A stretch of 64,000 nucleotides of DNA, taken from Nitrospinota bacterium (GTDB lineage: Bacteria > Nitrospinota > Nitrospinia > Nitrospinales > JACRGP01). Made by a program: the position numbers and the translations under genes. Below, in pieces: positions 1-9,565 of this stretch (the first letter of the stretch is position 1; each line of letters opens with the position of its first letter). The notes beneath the pieces are model-generated. The model was not told where the DNA came from and did not search any database. It was given only the letters and a program-made list of their open reading frames with translations. The stretch is from positions 1,666 to 65,665 of the forward strand of contig JACQQK010000109.1 in assembly GCA_016207065.1 (NCBI GenBank), given 5' to 3'.

Positions 1-704
1 GATGGCGATTTTCGACTGGATCGCGTGGTACCCCGCCCCCAACGGGTCCATTTCCGGGTTGAACAGGGTCAGCACCCGGTTTTTTTGGTAGTCCCTTAAA
101 AAAAACCAGAGCGCCGGAGCGACCATGACTCCCGACAGGCATAGCCGTATGAGAGTGCGGTTTTCCAGCTCCACCGCGAAAACGAACGCCAGAAAGATAA
201 AGGCGGTCATCATGCCCGTCCCCAGGTCGGGCTGGACGGCGATCAACAATACGACGACGACGGTCATGATCGCGGGGACGAGCAGGTCCTTGAGGTGGTA
301 CTTCCCCGCATTCCTTCCGGTTTCGAAATATTTGGCCAAGGCGACGATCAAGGCCAGCCTGGCAAATTCGGAAACCTGGAGGGTCAGCGGCCCGACGTGT
401 ATCCATCGGCGCGCGCCGTAAAAAATAACGCCGTAAAACAAAACGTACACCAGCGCCAGGACCGTCGCGCCATAGATCAGATAGGCGTAACGGCTCAGCA
501 GGGCGTAGTCGATCATGACCGCGACGACGAGGGCCGCCAGACCGTATAAAATCCAGAAAATCTGCTTGAGATACAGGTTCCGGAAAAACGCCTCGGGCCG
601 GCCATGGTTGGCGCTGTAAATGACCAGGACGCCGAGCAGGGAAACGCCCAGAATCAGCAGAAAATACCACCAGTTGAAATTGGCAACCAGGCGACGGTCA
701 ATCA
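1..704 (-). CDS. rodA: SEDS-family peptidoglycan glycosyltransferase RodA, N-terminal ~234 aa (3' end runs off the window start)
   Basis: Absent from the ORF track because it is open at the window edge. My reverse-strand translation from ATG (complement of 702-704) reads MIDRRLVANFNWWYFLLILGVSLLGVLVIYSANHG...AVQPDLGTGMM...LFNPEMDPLGAGYHAIQSKIAI. It is multi-TM and has the RodA-type QPDLGT and DPLGAGYH.IQSKIAI motifs. Confidence 0.88.
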
Positions 705-834
705 TGGTTATATGAAATCATAATCGCTCGGATTAGTCGAAAACAAAATTCAGCGGATTGGACAGTTCCAGGATAGGTCGCGAGCCATCATTGGGCCACG
801 GCATCCAAAAACGTGTCCCCGCCTTGTGAATCGT

Positions 835-865
835 CTCCCCCTTGTAAAGGGGGGCGGGGGGATTC
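835..865. repeat. Short GC hairpin repeat (CCCCCTTGTAAAGGGGG followed by CGGGGGGATT)
   Basis: 7-bp stem with 3-nt loop. A near-identical copy lies at 52021-52060 and a variant at 22031-22090. It generates the spurious PLYKGE peptide in track ORF 733..990. Confidence 0.8.
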
Positions 866-1719
866 GACGATGGGGGCAGGCGGCAATAAGGGGCATAAAT
901 ACATAAAACAACCTGTCGATACGCCAGCACGTATTTTACCAGAAAATCAAATAAAACGTTTAGATTCAATGTCAGAAAATTCCTGATCAAATTCTAATCG
1001 TTTTACAAAAAGCCCTTTGAATTGCGGGTGTTATCGTTGAATCAACCGGGCTTTTCCACATATTTTGCACATTCCTTGTGGAAAAATCGGATTCCGAATT
1101 CGAGCAGGGCCAGGGACGGCTTAAACTAGGCCCGTTATCAGGGTGGCAACGCTTTGGGCCTGTCAGAACGCCTTCTCTTGGGTTAGCCTGCCCGCATCCG
1201 TTCATTTGGCAAGCTCTCCGTTCGGTTTCAATTTGGAGCCTTGTTTTTCATCACAATCCATGCGGCTTGGCGGCGCGTCAAAATTCACGCCATCGGTAAA
1301 AAGGCGATTTGAAGCCTTTTCGGGAGTTCCGAAGTTGAGAGGATTTATCAATTGCCCTTGGAGCCGGAAAAACCGCCCGAAAAAACCCGCCAAATTTTCG
1401 TGGGCTTGGAAAAGCTTCCCAAATGACCGGAAACGCCGCTTCCAACGAAGCAAAAACCTATTGTGTGAATAACCCGGATACTGTCAAGGATAAAAAAGGC
1501 AATTTGAAGTTTTGCCATGGATGAACGGTGGACGCGTTAAAAAATAAACCTTTAGGGGCATACGGGAGAAGAGTTGAAAATACCTCGTTTAGGGTATTTT
1601 GGTCCATCTGGAATCAAACGCGGTTTTTTTTCACAGGTTATTCACAGACCGATTTCAAGCATCCATACCGCTTAAACTCAAGGAAATTTTAAGAAAAAAC
1701 GCCGTTTCCAAGCGAGCGA

Positions 1720-2688
1720 CTACAAGGCGTCGTTCTTTCCATGACGTTCCATGAATTCAGCCATGTCCACGGGGAGAGGGGATTCGAAGGCCATCCATTC
1801 GCCCGTCCGCGGGTGGATCAGCTCCAGTTTATGGGCGTGAAGGGCCTGCCGGGACATCCGGGGACGTTTGGGACCGGCATTACCCCCGTACAGCGCATCG
1901 CCGAGAATGGGATGCCCGATGGATGCCAGGTGGACGCGAATCTGATGGGTCCGCCCCGTTTTAGGGTACAAGCGCAGATAGGAAAACCACTCGAACCGGC
2001 GAATCACCTCGTACCGCGTTTCCGCCGGGCGTCCCCCTTCCCGGGCCGGGGCCATTTTCTTGCGCTGGACCTTGTGCCGGGCGATGGGAGCGTCGATCGT
2101 CCCGCTGGAGTTTTTGACGACGCCAAGCGCCAACGCCAGGTAAACTTTTTTAATGTCCCGGTCCTTGAACTGCCGGGAAAGCGATTGTTGCGCGGCGTCG
2201 GTTTTGGCGACCGCGATGAGCCCGGACGTGTCTTTATCCAGCCGGTGAACGATCCCCGGTCTCTCGACCCCGCAAATTCCGGCCGCGCTCGGCCGCGCTC
2301 CCGAAGGAGCATCCAGCCTGGGCAGTTTCGAATAATGATAAAGCAGGGCGTTCACCAGTGTGCCGCCGGAATGGCCCGGCGCGGGGTGGACCACCATGCC
2401 CGCGGGTTTGTCCACGACGACGATGCTCGAATCCTCATAAACGATGTCGAGCGGGATGTCCTCGGGCGTCACCTCCAGAGGCGAAGGCTCCGGGATGGCC
2501 ATTTCCACCCGGTCGCCGATCTTGAGCTTGTAACTGGAGCGCGCCGGGACGCCGTTGACCGTCGCCTGTCCGGACTCGATCAGCTTTTGGACGTAGGAGC
2601 GGCTGATCTCCGACTGGACTTCCGTGAGGAAAACGTCGAGACGCTTTTTCTGGCAGGCGGGGTCGATTTCGTACTGGAAATACTCCAT
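1720..2688 (-). CDS. rluD: RluA/RluD-family 23S rRNA pseudouridine synthase
   Basis: S4-like N-terminus (KKRLDVFLTE...VNG) and catalytic HRLDKDTSGLIAVAKT motif. Start moved to the ATG at 2688 (MEYFQYEID...): the 36 extra residues of track ORF 1720..2796 are Pro/Gly/Arg-rich and overlap moaB. Confidence 0.9.
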   Translation of the reverse strand: MEYFQYEIDPACQKKRLDVFLTEVQSEISRSYVQKLIESGQATVNGVPARSSYKLKIGDRVEMAIPEPSPLEVTPEDIPLDIVYEDSSIVVVDKPAGMVVHPAPGHSGGTLVNALLYHYSKLPRLDAPSGARPSAAGICGVERPGIVHRLDKDTSGLIAVAKTDAAQQSLSRQFKDRDIKKVYLALALGVVKNSSGTIDAPIARHKVQRKKMAPAREGGRPAETRYEVIRRFEWFSYLRLYPKTGRTHQIRVHLASIGHPILGDALYGGNAGPKRPRMSRQALHAHKLELIHPRTGEWMAFESPLPVDMAEFMERHGKNDAL

Positions 2689-2696
2689 GTAGGCGG

Positions 2697-3218
2697 TTAT
2701 TTTTCCAGCAGACGCGGCATGAGTTCGACCAGGTTGCACGGTTTGTGGGTACTGTCCAACTGATGGACGAGGATCTGGTCCCAGGCGTCCTTGCAAGCCC
2801 CGGTCGAGCCGGGGAGGGCGAACAGGAACGTCCCGTTGGCGACCCCGGCGGTGGCGCGGGACTGGATGGTCGAGGTCTTGATGTTCTGGTAACTGAGCCA
2901 GCGGAACAACTCGCCGAATCCCGGTATCGACTTTTCGTACAACGCCTCGAACGCTTCCGGGGTCACGTCCCGCCCGGTCACGCCCGTGCCGCCCGTGGCG
3001 ATGACGACGTCCACGTCCGGCGAGGCGATCCAGCGTTTCAGGGCGGACTGGATAACGGGGACCTCGTCCTTGACGATGAGCTTTTCGACCACGCGGTGCC
3101 CGGCGGCCTGGACCCGTTCGACGAGGGTCTGGCCGGACTTGTCGTCCGCCTCCGTCCGCGTATCCGATACGGTCATGATGGTTATATTGACGACTTTTTT
3201 CCTCGTTGACGCATCCAT
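2697..3218 (-). CDS. moaB: Molybdenum cofactor biosynthesis protein B (MoaB/MogA fold)
   Basis: 173 aa with ...VVIATGGTGVTGRDVTPEA...GFGELFRWLSYQNIKTSTIQSRATAGVANGTFLFALPGSTGACKDAW... This is colinear with my memory of E. coli MoaB. Confidence 0.9.
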   Translation of the reverse strand: MDASTRKKVVNITIMTVSDTRTEADDKSGQTLVERVQAAGHRVVEKLIVKDEVPVIQSALKRWIASPDVDVVIATGGTGVTGRDVTPEAFEALYEKSIPGFGELFRWLSYQNIKTSTIQSRATAGVANGTFLFALPGSTGACKDAWDQILVHQLDSTHKPCNLVELMPRLLEK

Positions 3219-3282
3219 TGAAAAATCTCCGCGTAAATGTTTTCGACCCTGTTATTTGACTCCCGCATAAACAATGCCCGGG

Positions 3283-3702
3283 CTAATCGCAGTTCAACGG
3301 GGAACCCGTCGGCTTGTGCTTGAACCGGAACGACGTGTTCTTCTGGATGTAGGCCAGCAGTTCGTCATAGCTCCGGAAATGCTCCGAAAACCCGTAATCG
3401 TCGCTGGTGTACTCGCAGTCCTCCGCGCTGTGCTCCCGGCAGAGATAGGGCCTCTGCTCATAGATCCCGCATTTATTGTCCGCCGTCAGAAAATGGCACC
3501 GCGTGTGGACCATGATGTGCCACTTCTTGCGATAGATGTACAGAGAGACCTTGTCGTGCGCGATTTTCCACAACAAGCTTTCATAGTCCTTCCTCGTCTC
3601 CGGGTTGTCGATCTCGAAGGCAAAATAAAGGCAACATTTGGCGGGCAGGCATTTCGCGCACTGGGAGGAATTGTTCCTTTTGTTTTTATTGTTCTTATTC
3701 AT
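3283..3702 (-). CDS. YkgJ-family cysteine-cluster protein (UPF0153, CxxCxxCC)
   Basis: 139 aa with N-terminal CAKCLPAKCC, later CHFL...NKCGIYEQRPYLCREH. This is the typical putative Fe/Zn-binding YkgJ pattern. Confidence 0.75.
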   Translation of the reverse strand: MNKNNKNKRNNSSQCAKCLPAKCCLYFAFEIDNPETRKDYESLLWKIAHDKVSLYIYRKKWHIMVHTRCHFLTADNKCGIYEQRPYLCREHSAEDCEYTSDDYGFSEHFRSYDELLAYIQKNTSFRFKHKPTGSPLNCD

Positions 3703-4050
3703 ATTTGAAAGAATTACCGGTCAAAAAAACGGTTGCTGACAATACGTTTTTAAAGAGACGCGCCGCCTCATTATGCCAGTTTTTTTTCAGCGGCAAAGAG
3801 AATATGGGGAAAATGCGCGAATTCCCGGACGTTCGCGACCCATGAACTGGAGGTCCCCCGCCGATTTGCTCCATGGGACCAAACGGTCCGCGGGTCCTTC
3901 CGCCGGGGTCAAATGGGATTGAATTTTAAAAAACTTTCTCTACACTGGTATTCAAAGGCGCTCAAAGCGCGGTCTCTATTTCGGGCGGGAGTCGAAAACC
4001 GTCCTTACTTTATCTTTATCTTTTCAACTTTTCCGCAAGGGGATAGGTTT

Positions 4051-4302
4051 ATGGAACAGCACTTGGAAACCGCTTACAGGGAAATCTTCGGGAAACTCAG
4101 GACCCGGAAGAAATTTTCCATCGCCAAAATCGAAGGCGCCCGGATCGTCCTGCACGAAGACCAGGAAATCTGCGGACAAAAGGAACCCAAACAGATCGAG
4201 TTCGACAGCGTTCAGGAACTGGAAACGTTCGTGAGGGACGAAAACAGGAAAGAGGAGGAAATCAAGAAACAACTCTCCGGCAACGAAATGCCCTACCGGT
4301 AA
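4051..4302 (+). CDS. Hypothetical small protein (83 aa)
   Basis: Internal ATG of track ORF 3913..4302, preceded by AAGGGGA. Charged, non-repetitive sequence (MEQHLETAYREIFGKLRTRKKF...). No recognisable domain. Confidence 0.45.
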   Translation: MEQHLETAYREIFGKLRTRKKFSIAKIEGARIVLHEDQEICGQKEPKQIEFDSVQELETFVRDENRKEEEIKKQLSGNEMPYR

Positions 4303-4329
4303 CCGGCGGGGCGCCGGAGCCAAATGGGC

Positions 4330-4612
4330 CCGGCTTGGATGGCGAATAGAGTTCGTCGAGCGCATTCCAAGTTTGGCCATTCCGCTCCAAGGCGGTCCTT
4401 GGCGCCTCCGGCGTCATGCTGACGCCGGACCCAATGCCGCCCCGTCATCGCGAGCCGCCGCGGGCGGCGTGGCGATCCAGTTTTTCTGGACGGCTTCGCT
4501 ACGCTCGCAATGACGCCCTCTCGCCATCCCGCGCGACGCTGGGTTCATTACCGCCCCGGCGCAAGCGCGGGGCGGCGTCGCCTCCGGGCGTTGGCCCGGG
4601 GATTATTTTTTT
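4330..4612. repeat. Composite of GC-rich hairpin modules (mosaic intergenic repeat locus 1)
   Basis: Module GATGGCGAAT..GGCCAT.CCGCTCC matches 10661-10710. Module GTCATCGCGAGC...GCTCGCAATGAC (4444-4513) matches 31416-31556. Module TTACCGCCCCGGCGCAAGCGCGGGGCGGC (4547-4577) recurs at 12991-13020, 25286-25315 and 61104-61133. Confidence 0.85.
4584..4612 (+). terminator. Intrinsic-terminator-like hairpin + T-run forming the last module of the mosaic repeat
   Basis: CCGGGC-GTTG-GCCCGG (6-bp GC stem, tetraloop) followed by GGATTATTTTTTT. The same module lies at 13064-13089. The T-run overlaps the stop/KK codons of the convergent gene 4603..5202. Confidence 0.35.
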
Positions 4613-5202
4613 ACCGTCCAAGTCCCGTCTTCCAGTTGGATTTTCTCGCCGGGTTTGGCGTTGTCCCGGTTCAAGCTGGCGGAGATTTTCCTCACTTTCG
4701 GCAGGTCGTTCTCCGTAAAGCTCTCGTTCGTGGCCACGATACGTTCCATCGTGGCCAGGCGGTCCTCGTTTTCCTCCTTGACGATCGTCTGGGCGAATTC
4801 CTTGAACTTCGGGTCCTTCTGGGCGCGGTCCACGTCGAAGAAGACCAGGAGCCCGTCGTTGCCCTCGCCCGCGCAACCGATCTGTTTGAACGACTGGATG
4901 TCGTCGCGGTTGAACTCCCGCCGTTGCATGGCACGGATGGCTTTCAGTTTTCCCGGCGGGATCTGCGCGACGGTTCTCAGCCGTCCCGACTCGTCCACCG
5001 AGCGGACGGAGGCCAGCAACATCATGTCGTTCCCCAACTCCTCGTAACTGCCGAGGATCTGGTTCTCCAACGCCGTCTTCTGGTCGACCACGGTCACGTT
5101 GACGTCCACCAGTTTCCCGGCGCAACCGGAAAACAGGACCGCGCTCAAACCCGCGGCCCAAAACCCCGCCGTTGGAACATTTCGTCTTTTCGTCGTATTC
5201 AT
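4603..5202 (-). CDS. Lipoprotein with YdbL-like DUF1318 domain
   Basis: Lipobox LFSGC after a signal peptide. The C-terminal ...AKPGEKIQLEDGTWTVKK and the GCAGEGNDGLL segment resemble E. coli YdbL. Confidence 0.65.
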   Translation of the reverse strand: MNTTKRRNVPTAGFWAAGLSAVLFSGCAGKLVDVNVTVVDQKTALENQILGSYEELGNDMMLLASVRSVDESGRLRTVAQIPPGKLKAIRAMQRREFNRDDIQSFKQIGCAGEGNDGLLVFFDVDRAQKDPKFKEFAQTIVKEENEDRLATMERIVATNESFTENDLPKVRKISASLNRDNAKPGEKIQLEDGTWTVKK

Positions 5203-5214
5203 GGAGGACGGCCT

Positions 5215-6465
5215 CTAGCCAAACCGTTTGAGGACGATGGCGGAGTTCTTCGAGCCGAACGAAATGCAGTTGGCGATCGCCACGTCGATGCCTTTTTCCC
5301 TTCCCTCGTTGGGAATGTAGTCCATGTCGCACTCCGGGTCCGGCTCTTCGATGTTGATGGTGGGCGTCAACACGCCCTCGCGGAGGGACAGGGCGGCGAC
5401 CGCCACGCCCAACGCGCCGGAAGCCCCTTGCGGATGGCCAACCATCGACTTGGTCGAACTCGCGGGGACCCCCATGGCATGGCCGTTAAGCGCCTCCTTG
5501 ACCGCGTGCGTTTCTATCTTGTCGTTGAGCACGGTGGACGTGCCGTGGAAATTGACGTAGTCCACGTCGTCCCCGGCGACGCGCGCGTCGCGCAGGGCCA
5601 GCTTCAGCGCGCGCGTGGACTGCCTGCCGTCGGGCATGATCGCCACCCGGTGGTACGCGTCGCACGTGGTCCCGTAACCGGCGACCTCGGCGTAGATCCT
5701 TGCGCCCCTTTTCCGCGCGTGCTCCAGTTCCTCCAGCAGGAACATCCAGGAACCCTCGGCCAGCACGAACCCTTCGCGGTCCCGGTTGAACGGCCGCGAA
5801 CCGCGCGTGGGGTCGCCGTTGAAATGGACCGGGTTGGCTTTCATGCGCTCGAACCCGTTCATCATGGCCGGGGTGATGCACGACTCCACTCCGCCCGTCA
5901 GGCACCAGTCCTCCTGGCCAAAGCGGATGCAGTTGAAGACGTAACCCAGCGCGTCGGACGAACTGGTGCAACCGTTGGCGATCACGTGGCTCCGGCCTTT
6001 CAGCCCGAAATACATGGAAATCTCGCTGGACGCCATGCCGACCAGCGAATTGGGGATGGCGTAGGGGGAGATTTTTTTCTTCTGGCCGGAGAAATGCAAC
6101 TCGAACTGTTTTTCGGAAAAATCGAACCCGCTCCCGCCGCTCCCGAGCGCCACGCCCAGGCTCTCGAAATCCTCCTCCGCGAACGATTTCAGATCGACCC
6201 CGGCGTCCTCCAATGCCTCCTGGGAGGCGGCGACGGCCAGAGGGACCGAGCGCGACATCTTTTTGAGCTCGGTTTCGGGATAATAACGCGTCGCATCGAA
6301 TCCCTGGACCTCGCCGGCGATCTGGCAGGCAAGCCCGGACGGATCGAAACTCGAGATCCTGCCGATGCCGCTGACCCCGTTACAGGTATTGTCCCAGAAC
6401 GCTTTTTTGCCAATGCCGTTCGGGCTGACGGCGCCCAAACCCGTGATCACTACCCTGCGTTGCAT
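5215..6465 (-). CDS. fabF: Beta-ketoacyl-ACP synthase II
   Basis: 416 aa starting MQRRVVITGLGAVSPNGIG. Has active-site region ANGCTSSSDA, HGTST and GHPQGASG motifs, and a KAS II length and architecture. Confidence 0.92.
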   Translation of the reverse strand: MQRRVVITGLGAVSPNGIGKKAFWDNTCNGVSGIGRISSFDPSGLACQIAGEVQGFDATRYYPETELKKMSRSVPLAVAASQEALEDAGVDLKSFAEEDFESLGVALGSGGSGFDFSEKQFELHFSGQKKKISPYAIPNSLVGMASSEISMYFGLKGRSHVIANGCTSSSDALGYVFNCIRFGQEDWCLTGGVESCITPAMMNGFERMKANPVHFNGDPTRGSRPFNRDREGFVLAEGSWMFLLEELEHARKRGARIYAEVAGYGTTCDAYHRVAIMPDGRQSTRALKLALRDARVAGDDVDYVNFHGTSTVLNDKIETHAVKEALNGHAMGVPASSTKSMVGHPQGASGALGVAVAALSLREGVLTPTINIEEPDPECDMDYIPNEGREKGIDVAIANCISFGSKNSAIVLKRFG

Positions 6466-6576
6466 TATTCGCCGATCTTATTCAATTGTTTTACGAATCA
6501 CGAATTTATATTAACATAAGGGCATTTCGCGGAACAAAACATTTAGGACCCTTATCCCCTCGGAGAAACTCCCGTC

Positions 6577-7671
6577 TTGGACCATTCCTTTTCCCTGAAA
6601 GAACAAACGGGGCAGATGATCGTCGCCGGATTCGACGGCGTTTCCCTCAACCCCCAAATCGAGGGGTTGGTCCGCGACTGCCGCATCGGCGGCGTCATCC
6701 TGTTCGGACGGAATTACGAAGACCCCGCGCAACTGCACCGCCTCGTCCGCGACCTTCAGGACCTGGCCCTGAGCCATCCGCCGCACCTTCCCCTGTTCGT
6801 CTCCGTGGACCAGGAAGGCGGCAGGGTTTCCCGGTTGAAAACCCCGTTCGCCGATTTCCCCCCCATGTGTTGTCTGGGCGAGGCGCGTTCCGAGGAACTG
6901 GCCTACCGGTTTGGCAAGGCCCTGGCGCGCGAACTGACGGCGGTCGGGATCAACATGGACTACGCCCCGGTCCTCGACGTGCACACCAATCCCCAAAACC
7001 CGATCATCGGCGACCGCGCCCTGAGCGTCCATCCCGAATGGGTCGCCCGGCTGGGGTCCGCCATTATCCGCGCGTTCAAGGAGGACGGGATCGTCCCCGT
7101 CGGAAAACACTTTCCCGGCCACGGCGACACCGCCCTGGACTCCCACCTCGAACTGCCCCATGTCGACCGGAGCGCCGCCGAACTGGAAGCGACCGAACTG
7201 TATCCGTTCGCGCGGACCGTCCGCGACGGACTGGAAGTCGTCATGACCGCCCACGTGGTGTACCGCGCATGGGACGAAAACCATCCCGCGACGTTCTCCA
7301 AAAAAATCCTGCAGGGCATCCTGCGCGAAAAACTGGGGTTCGATGGCGTCATCGTTTCCGACGACCTGGAGATGAAAGCCATCGAGGACCATTTCCCGTT
7401 CGAGTCCCTCGCCTCGCTCGGCATCGGCGCCGGCATCGACCTGTTCCTGATCTGCAACAATCCGGGCAAGGTCCGGCCGTTTCAGGAGCAAATGGTCCGC
7501 GCGTTGGAAAACGGGGACCTCGACGCCGGACGCGCGAGCCAGTCCGTCCAAAGGATCGTCAAACTCAAAAAACGGCTCGCCCCAGCGCCCAGCGAAGCTC
7601 CCGATTTCCAGTCCTGGGCCCAATCCCATCGAAAGCTCGCCGACGAAATGCGCGCCTTCTTGAAACGATGA
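6577..7671 (+). CDS. nagZ: Beta-N-acetylhexosaminidase (GH3, NagZ-like)
   Basis: TGQMIVAGFDG..., ...GGVILFGRN..., KHFPGHGDTALDSHLELP motif. Apparent TTG start at 6577 with GGAGA 12 nt upstream. Confidence 0.88.
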   Translation: MDHSFSLKEQTGQMIVAGFDGVSLNPQIEGLVRDCRIGGVILFGRNYEDPAQLHRLVRDLQDLALSHPPHLPLFVSVDQEGGRVSRLKTPFADFPPMCCLGEARSEELAYRFGKALARELTAVGINMDYAPVLDVHTNPQNPIIGDRALSVHPEWVARLGSAIIRAFKEDGIVPVGKHFPGHGDTALDSHLELPHVDRSAAELEATELYPFARTVRDGLEVVMTAHVVYRAWDENHPATFSKKILQGILREKLGFDGVIVSDDLEMKAIEDHFPFESLASLGIGAGIDLFLICNNPGKVRPFQEQMVRALENGDLDAGRASQSVQRIVKLKKRLAPAPSEAPDFQSWAQSHRKLADEMRAFLKR

Positions 7672-9371
7672 CCCGGGACCCGAAAACCTCCGCCAAACCT
7701 TTTTTTTCCTCCGTAGCGCTTCCGGCGGTCCTCGTGTACATCCTACTGATCGGATATTTGTATTCGTTTTCCAGGTACGGGTTCAACATCTGGGACGAAG
7801 GCGCGTATGCTTACGGTTGCCTGAGAACTTACCTCGGCCAGATCTCCATCAAGGACTTTTACGGTTACCCGCCCGGCCAATACCTGTACGGCGCGCTGTT
7901 TTACAAATTGTTCGGCATCGACGTCCAGAGCCTGAGGATCGGGATCATCGTCCTCACCCCCGCGATGGTCCTGATGGTTTACGGGACGGCCCGCAAACTC
8001 ATGTCCGACCGGTTCGCCGCGCTGGCCGCCCTGCTCATGCTTTCCGCCCCCTCCATGTATTACAGCCGGTATTATACTTTCTTCTGCGTGTCGAGCCTGT
8101 TCTGCCTGGTCGAACTGCTGGAGAAACGGCGGGCGTTGCAACTCTTCATGCTGATCGGGTCCATCATGCTGTCCTTTTATTTCAAAGTCGAAGTCGCCCT
8201 GTTTTCCGCGGCCATCAGCGGCGTCGCGCTGGCCCTTCTGCTTGTCAGGGAACGGACCGGCGGAAAACCGGCCCAGGAAAGACCCTCCGGCCCGGACTCC
8301 TGGGTCTACTCGCTCGCCGCGCGCCCGAGTTCCCGGATCCTGGTTTTTCTCGCGTCCGCCGGGATCGCCCTGTCCCTGGTTTACTTCGTGAAAAACGACA
8401 TCCTCGAACGGTTCATCGACATCGTATTTGGGATCCACCAGGTCTGGGGAAACCCGTTCCCGCAAATTTTCCCCTTGCTCCAACTGTTCGAAACGTTGGG
8501 TCCGCACGAAATGTTCGAGCGGCTTTTGTTTTACGTCCCCGTCTTGGTCTATGTTCTGACCGGCATCCTGCTTCTGGTCCGGTTCCTCGGCAAAACGCAA
8601 GAAAACGGCAAGACCGATTTGTATCTCCTGGCGACCGTGCTGTTCGGCGTCTGCGCCTTCGGCCTGGTGATCTGGCGGGCGGGGTTCGACAACCTGCTCC
8701 GCGCCCTGCCGCCTTTTTACGTCCTGCTGATGTATCTCCTGTCCCTGGCCTGCGAAAAACTTCTGGGACGCCCGGACGGCGCGAAAAAGAAGCCCGCGGT
8801 CCTCCGGCCCAAGAAGCTGGCGGTTGAAGCGGTCATCCTGGTCCTTCCCTTGATCTTTTTTTACGAAATGAACGTCAAGCACGGGTTTTACGCGGGGACG
8901 GTCGGGGCCGTAAACATCGAGACGGCGCGGCTGACCATGGACCGGATCGACGTCTACACCAACCCGTCGGAAGCCAAGTGGATACGGCGGGTGGTGGAAC
9001 TCATCAAGACCCATACCCGGCCGGGAGACCCCGTGCTGGCCCTGCCGCTCAATGCCGGGTTCAATTTCCTCTCCGACCGCCCCAACCCGATCTTCTACGA
9101 CTGGATCCTGCCGGGAATGCTGGACGAAAAGGAAGAGGACAAGTTGGTGGAACAACTCAAGGGGGACCCGCCGAAAATAATCGTCTATGTGGACATCGCC
9201 ATCGACGGGAAAGACGAGCGGCGGCTGATCAATTATGTGCCCAAATTGATCGGTTTCATCGCCGAACGCTACCGGTTGCTGGAAACCGTTGGATTTTTCA
9301 ACGTCCTTGTCCCGGTCGAAACCGCGCCGAGATCCGACGGGCGGGACGGGCCTTTAATAGGCAAATTTTGA
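7668..9371 (+). CDS. Polytopic membrane protein, GT-C-fold glycosyltransferase-like (ArnT/PMT family-39-like)
   Basis: ATG at 7668 overlaps the nagZ stop (ATGA). More than 10 predicted TM helices followed by a soluble C-terminal domain. The upstream 394 aa of track ORF 6486..9371 are Arg/Pro junk in another frame of nagZ. Confidence 0.6.
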   Translation: MTRDPKTSAKPFFSSVALPAVLVYILLIGYLYSFSRYGFNIWDEGAYAYGCLRTYLGQISIKDFYGYPPGQYLYGALFYKLFGIDVQSLRIGIIVLTPAMVLMVYGTARKLMSDRFAALAALLMLSAPSMYYSRYYTFFCVSSLFCLVELLEKRRALQLFMLIGSIMLSFYFKVEVALFSAAISGVALALLLVRERTGGKPAQERPSGPDSWVYSLAARPSSRILVFLASAGIALSLVYFVKNDILERFIDIVFGIHQVWGNPFPQIFPLLQLFETLGPHEMFERLLFYVPVLVYVLTGILLLVRFLGKTQENGKTDLYLLATVLFGVCAFGLVIWRAGFDNLLRALPPFYVLLMYLLSLACEKLLGRPDGAKKKPAVLRPKKLAVEAVILVLPLIFFYEMNVKHGFYAGTVGAVNIETARLTMDRIDVYTNPSEAKWIRRVVELIKTHTRPGDPVLALPLNAGFNFLSDRPNPIFYDWILPGMLDEKEEDKLVEQLKGDPPKIIVYVDIAIDGKDERRLINYVPKLIGFIAERYRLLETVGFFNVLVPVETAPRSDGRDGPLIGKF

Positions 9372-9411
9372 CAAAATCTTTGATTTTCGGCCCAATAATC
9401 GCAAAAAAGTA

Positions 9412-9440
9412 TTGACCCGGTTATTTCTTGGAAGTATCAT
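9412..9440 (+). promoter_or_regulatory. Sigma70-like promoter (TTGACC-N17-TATCAT) with no ORF downstream
   Basis: -35 at 9412-9417, 17-nt spacer, -10 at 9435-9440, in an AT-rich 600-bp spacer. Confidence 0.35.
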
Positions 9441-9537
9441 AGGCGGCCTTTTCGAATGCGGGCGGGATTCCGGCCTTAAGTAATGCGGGAGAGATCGGGC
9501 TTTCCTCGTCCCGCGCGGTATTATTTCTTACGGGACA

Positions 9538-9565
9538 TTGACTTAATCGTTTCACTTATTATATT
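9538..9565 (+). promoter_or_regulatory. Second sigma70-like promoter (TTGACT-N16-TATATT)
   Basis: -35 at 9538-9543 and -10 at 9560-9565. Same orientation as the first, about 410 nt upstream of the XRE gene. Confidence 0.3.

Noticed and set aside
848-880. tmRNA-like 5' end (GGGGGGCGGGGGGATTCGACGATGGGGG resembles the GGGG...GGAUUCGACGGG start of ssrA)
   Set aside because: The G-run/ATTC part belongs to a short repeat that recurs at 52021-52060. I find no alanine-ending tag ORF, no T-arm and no ...TCCACCA 3' end within 400 nt on either strand.
3703-3912. Moco riboswitch upstream of the ykgJ-moaB operon
   Set aside because: I could not find the conserved Moco-motif segments. Only a small GGACC-GTTT-GGTCC hairpin is present. 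An Infernal scan would be decisive.
4510-6519. 669-aa + strand ORF (and 4499..5332, 5486..5971 on the minus strand)
   Set aside because: It is antisense or alternative-frame to fabF and the DUF1318 lipoprotein gene. The composition is Arg/Gly/Pro/His-rich, typical of off-frame translation of high-GC coding DNA, and no motifs are present.
6486-7667. N-terminal 394 aa of track ORF 6486..9371
   Set aside because: It is an Arg/Pro-rich alternative frame overlapping the well-supported nagZ. The real membrane protein starts at ATG 7668, which overlaps the nagZ stop.
6511-9155. Long minus-strand ORFs 6511..7629 and 7743..9155
   Set aside because: They are antisense to nagZ and the GT-C membrane protein, with Gly/Asp/Arg/Pro-rich junk composition.
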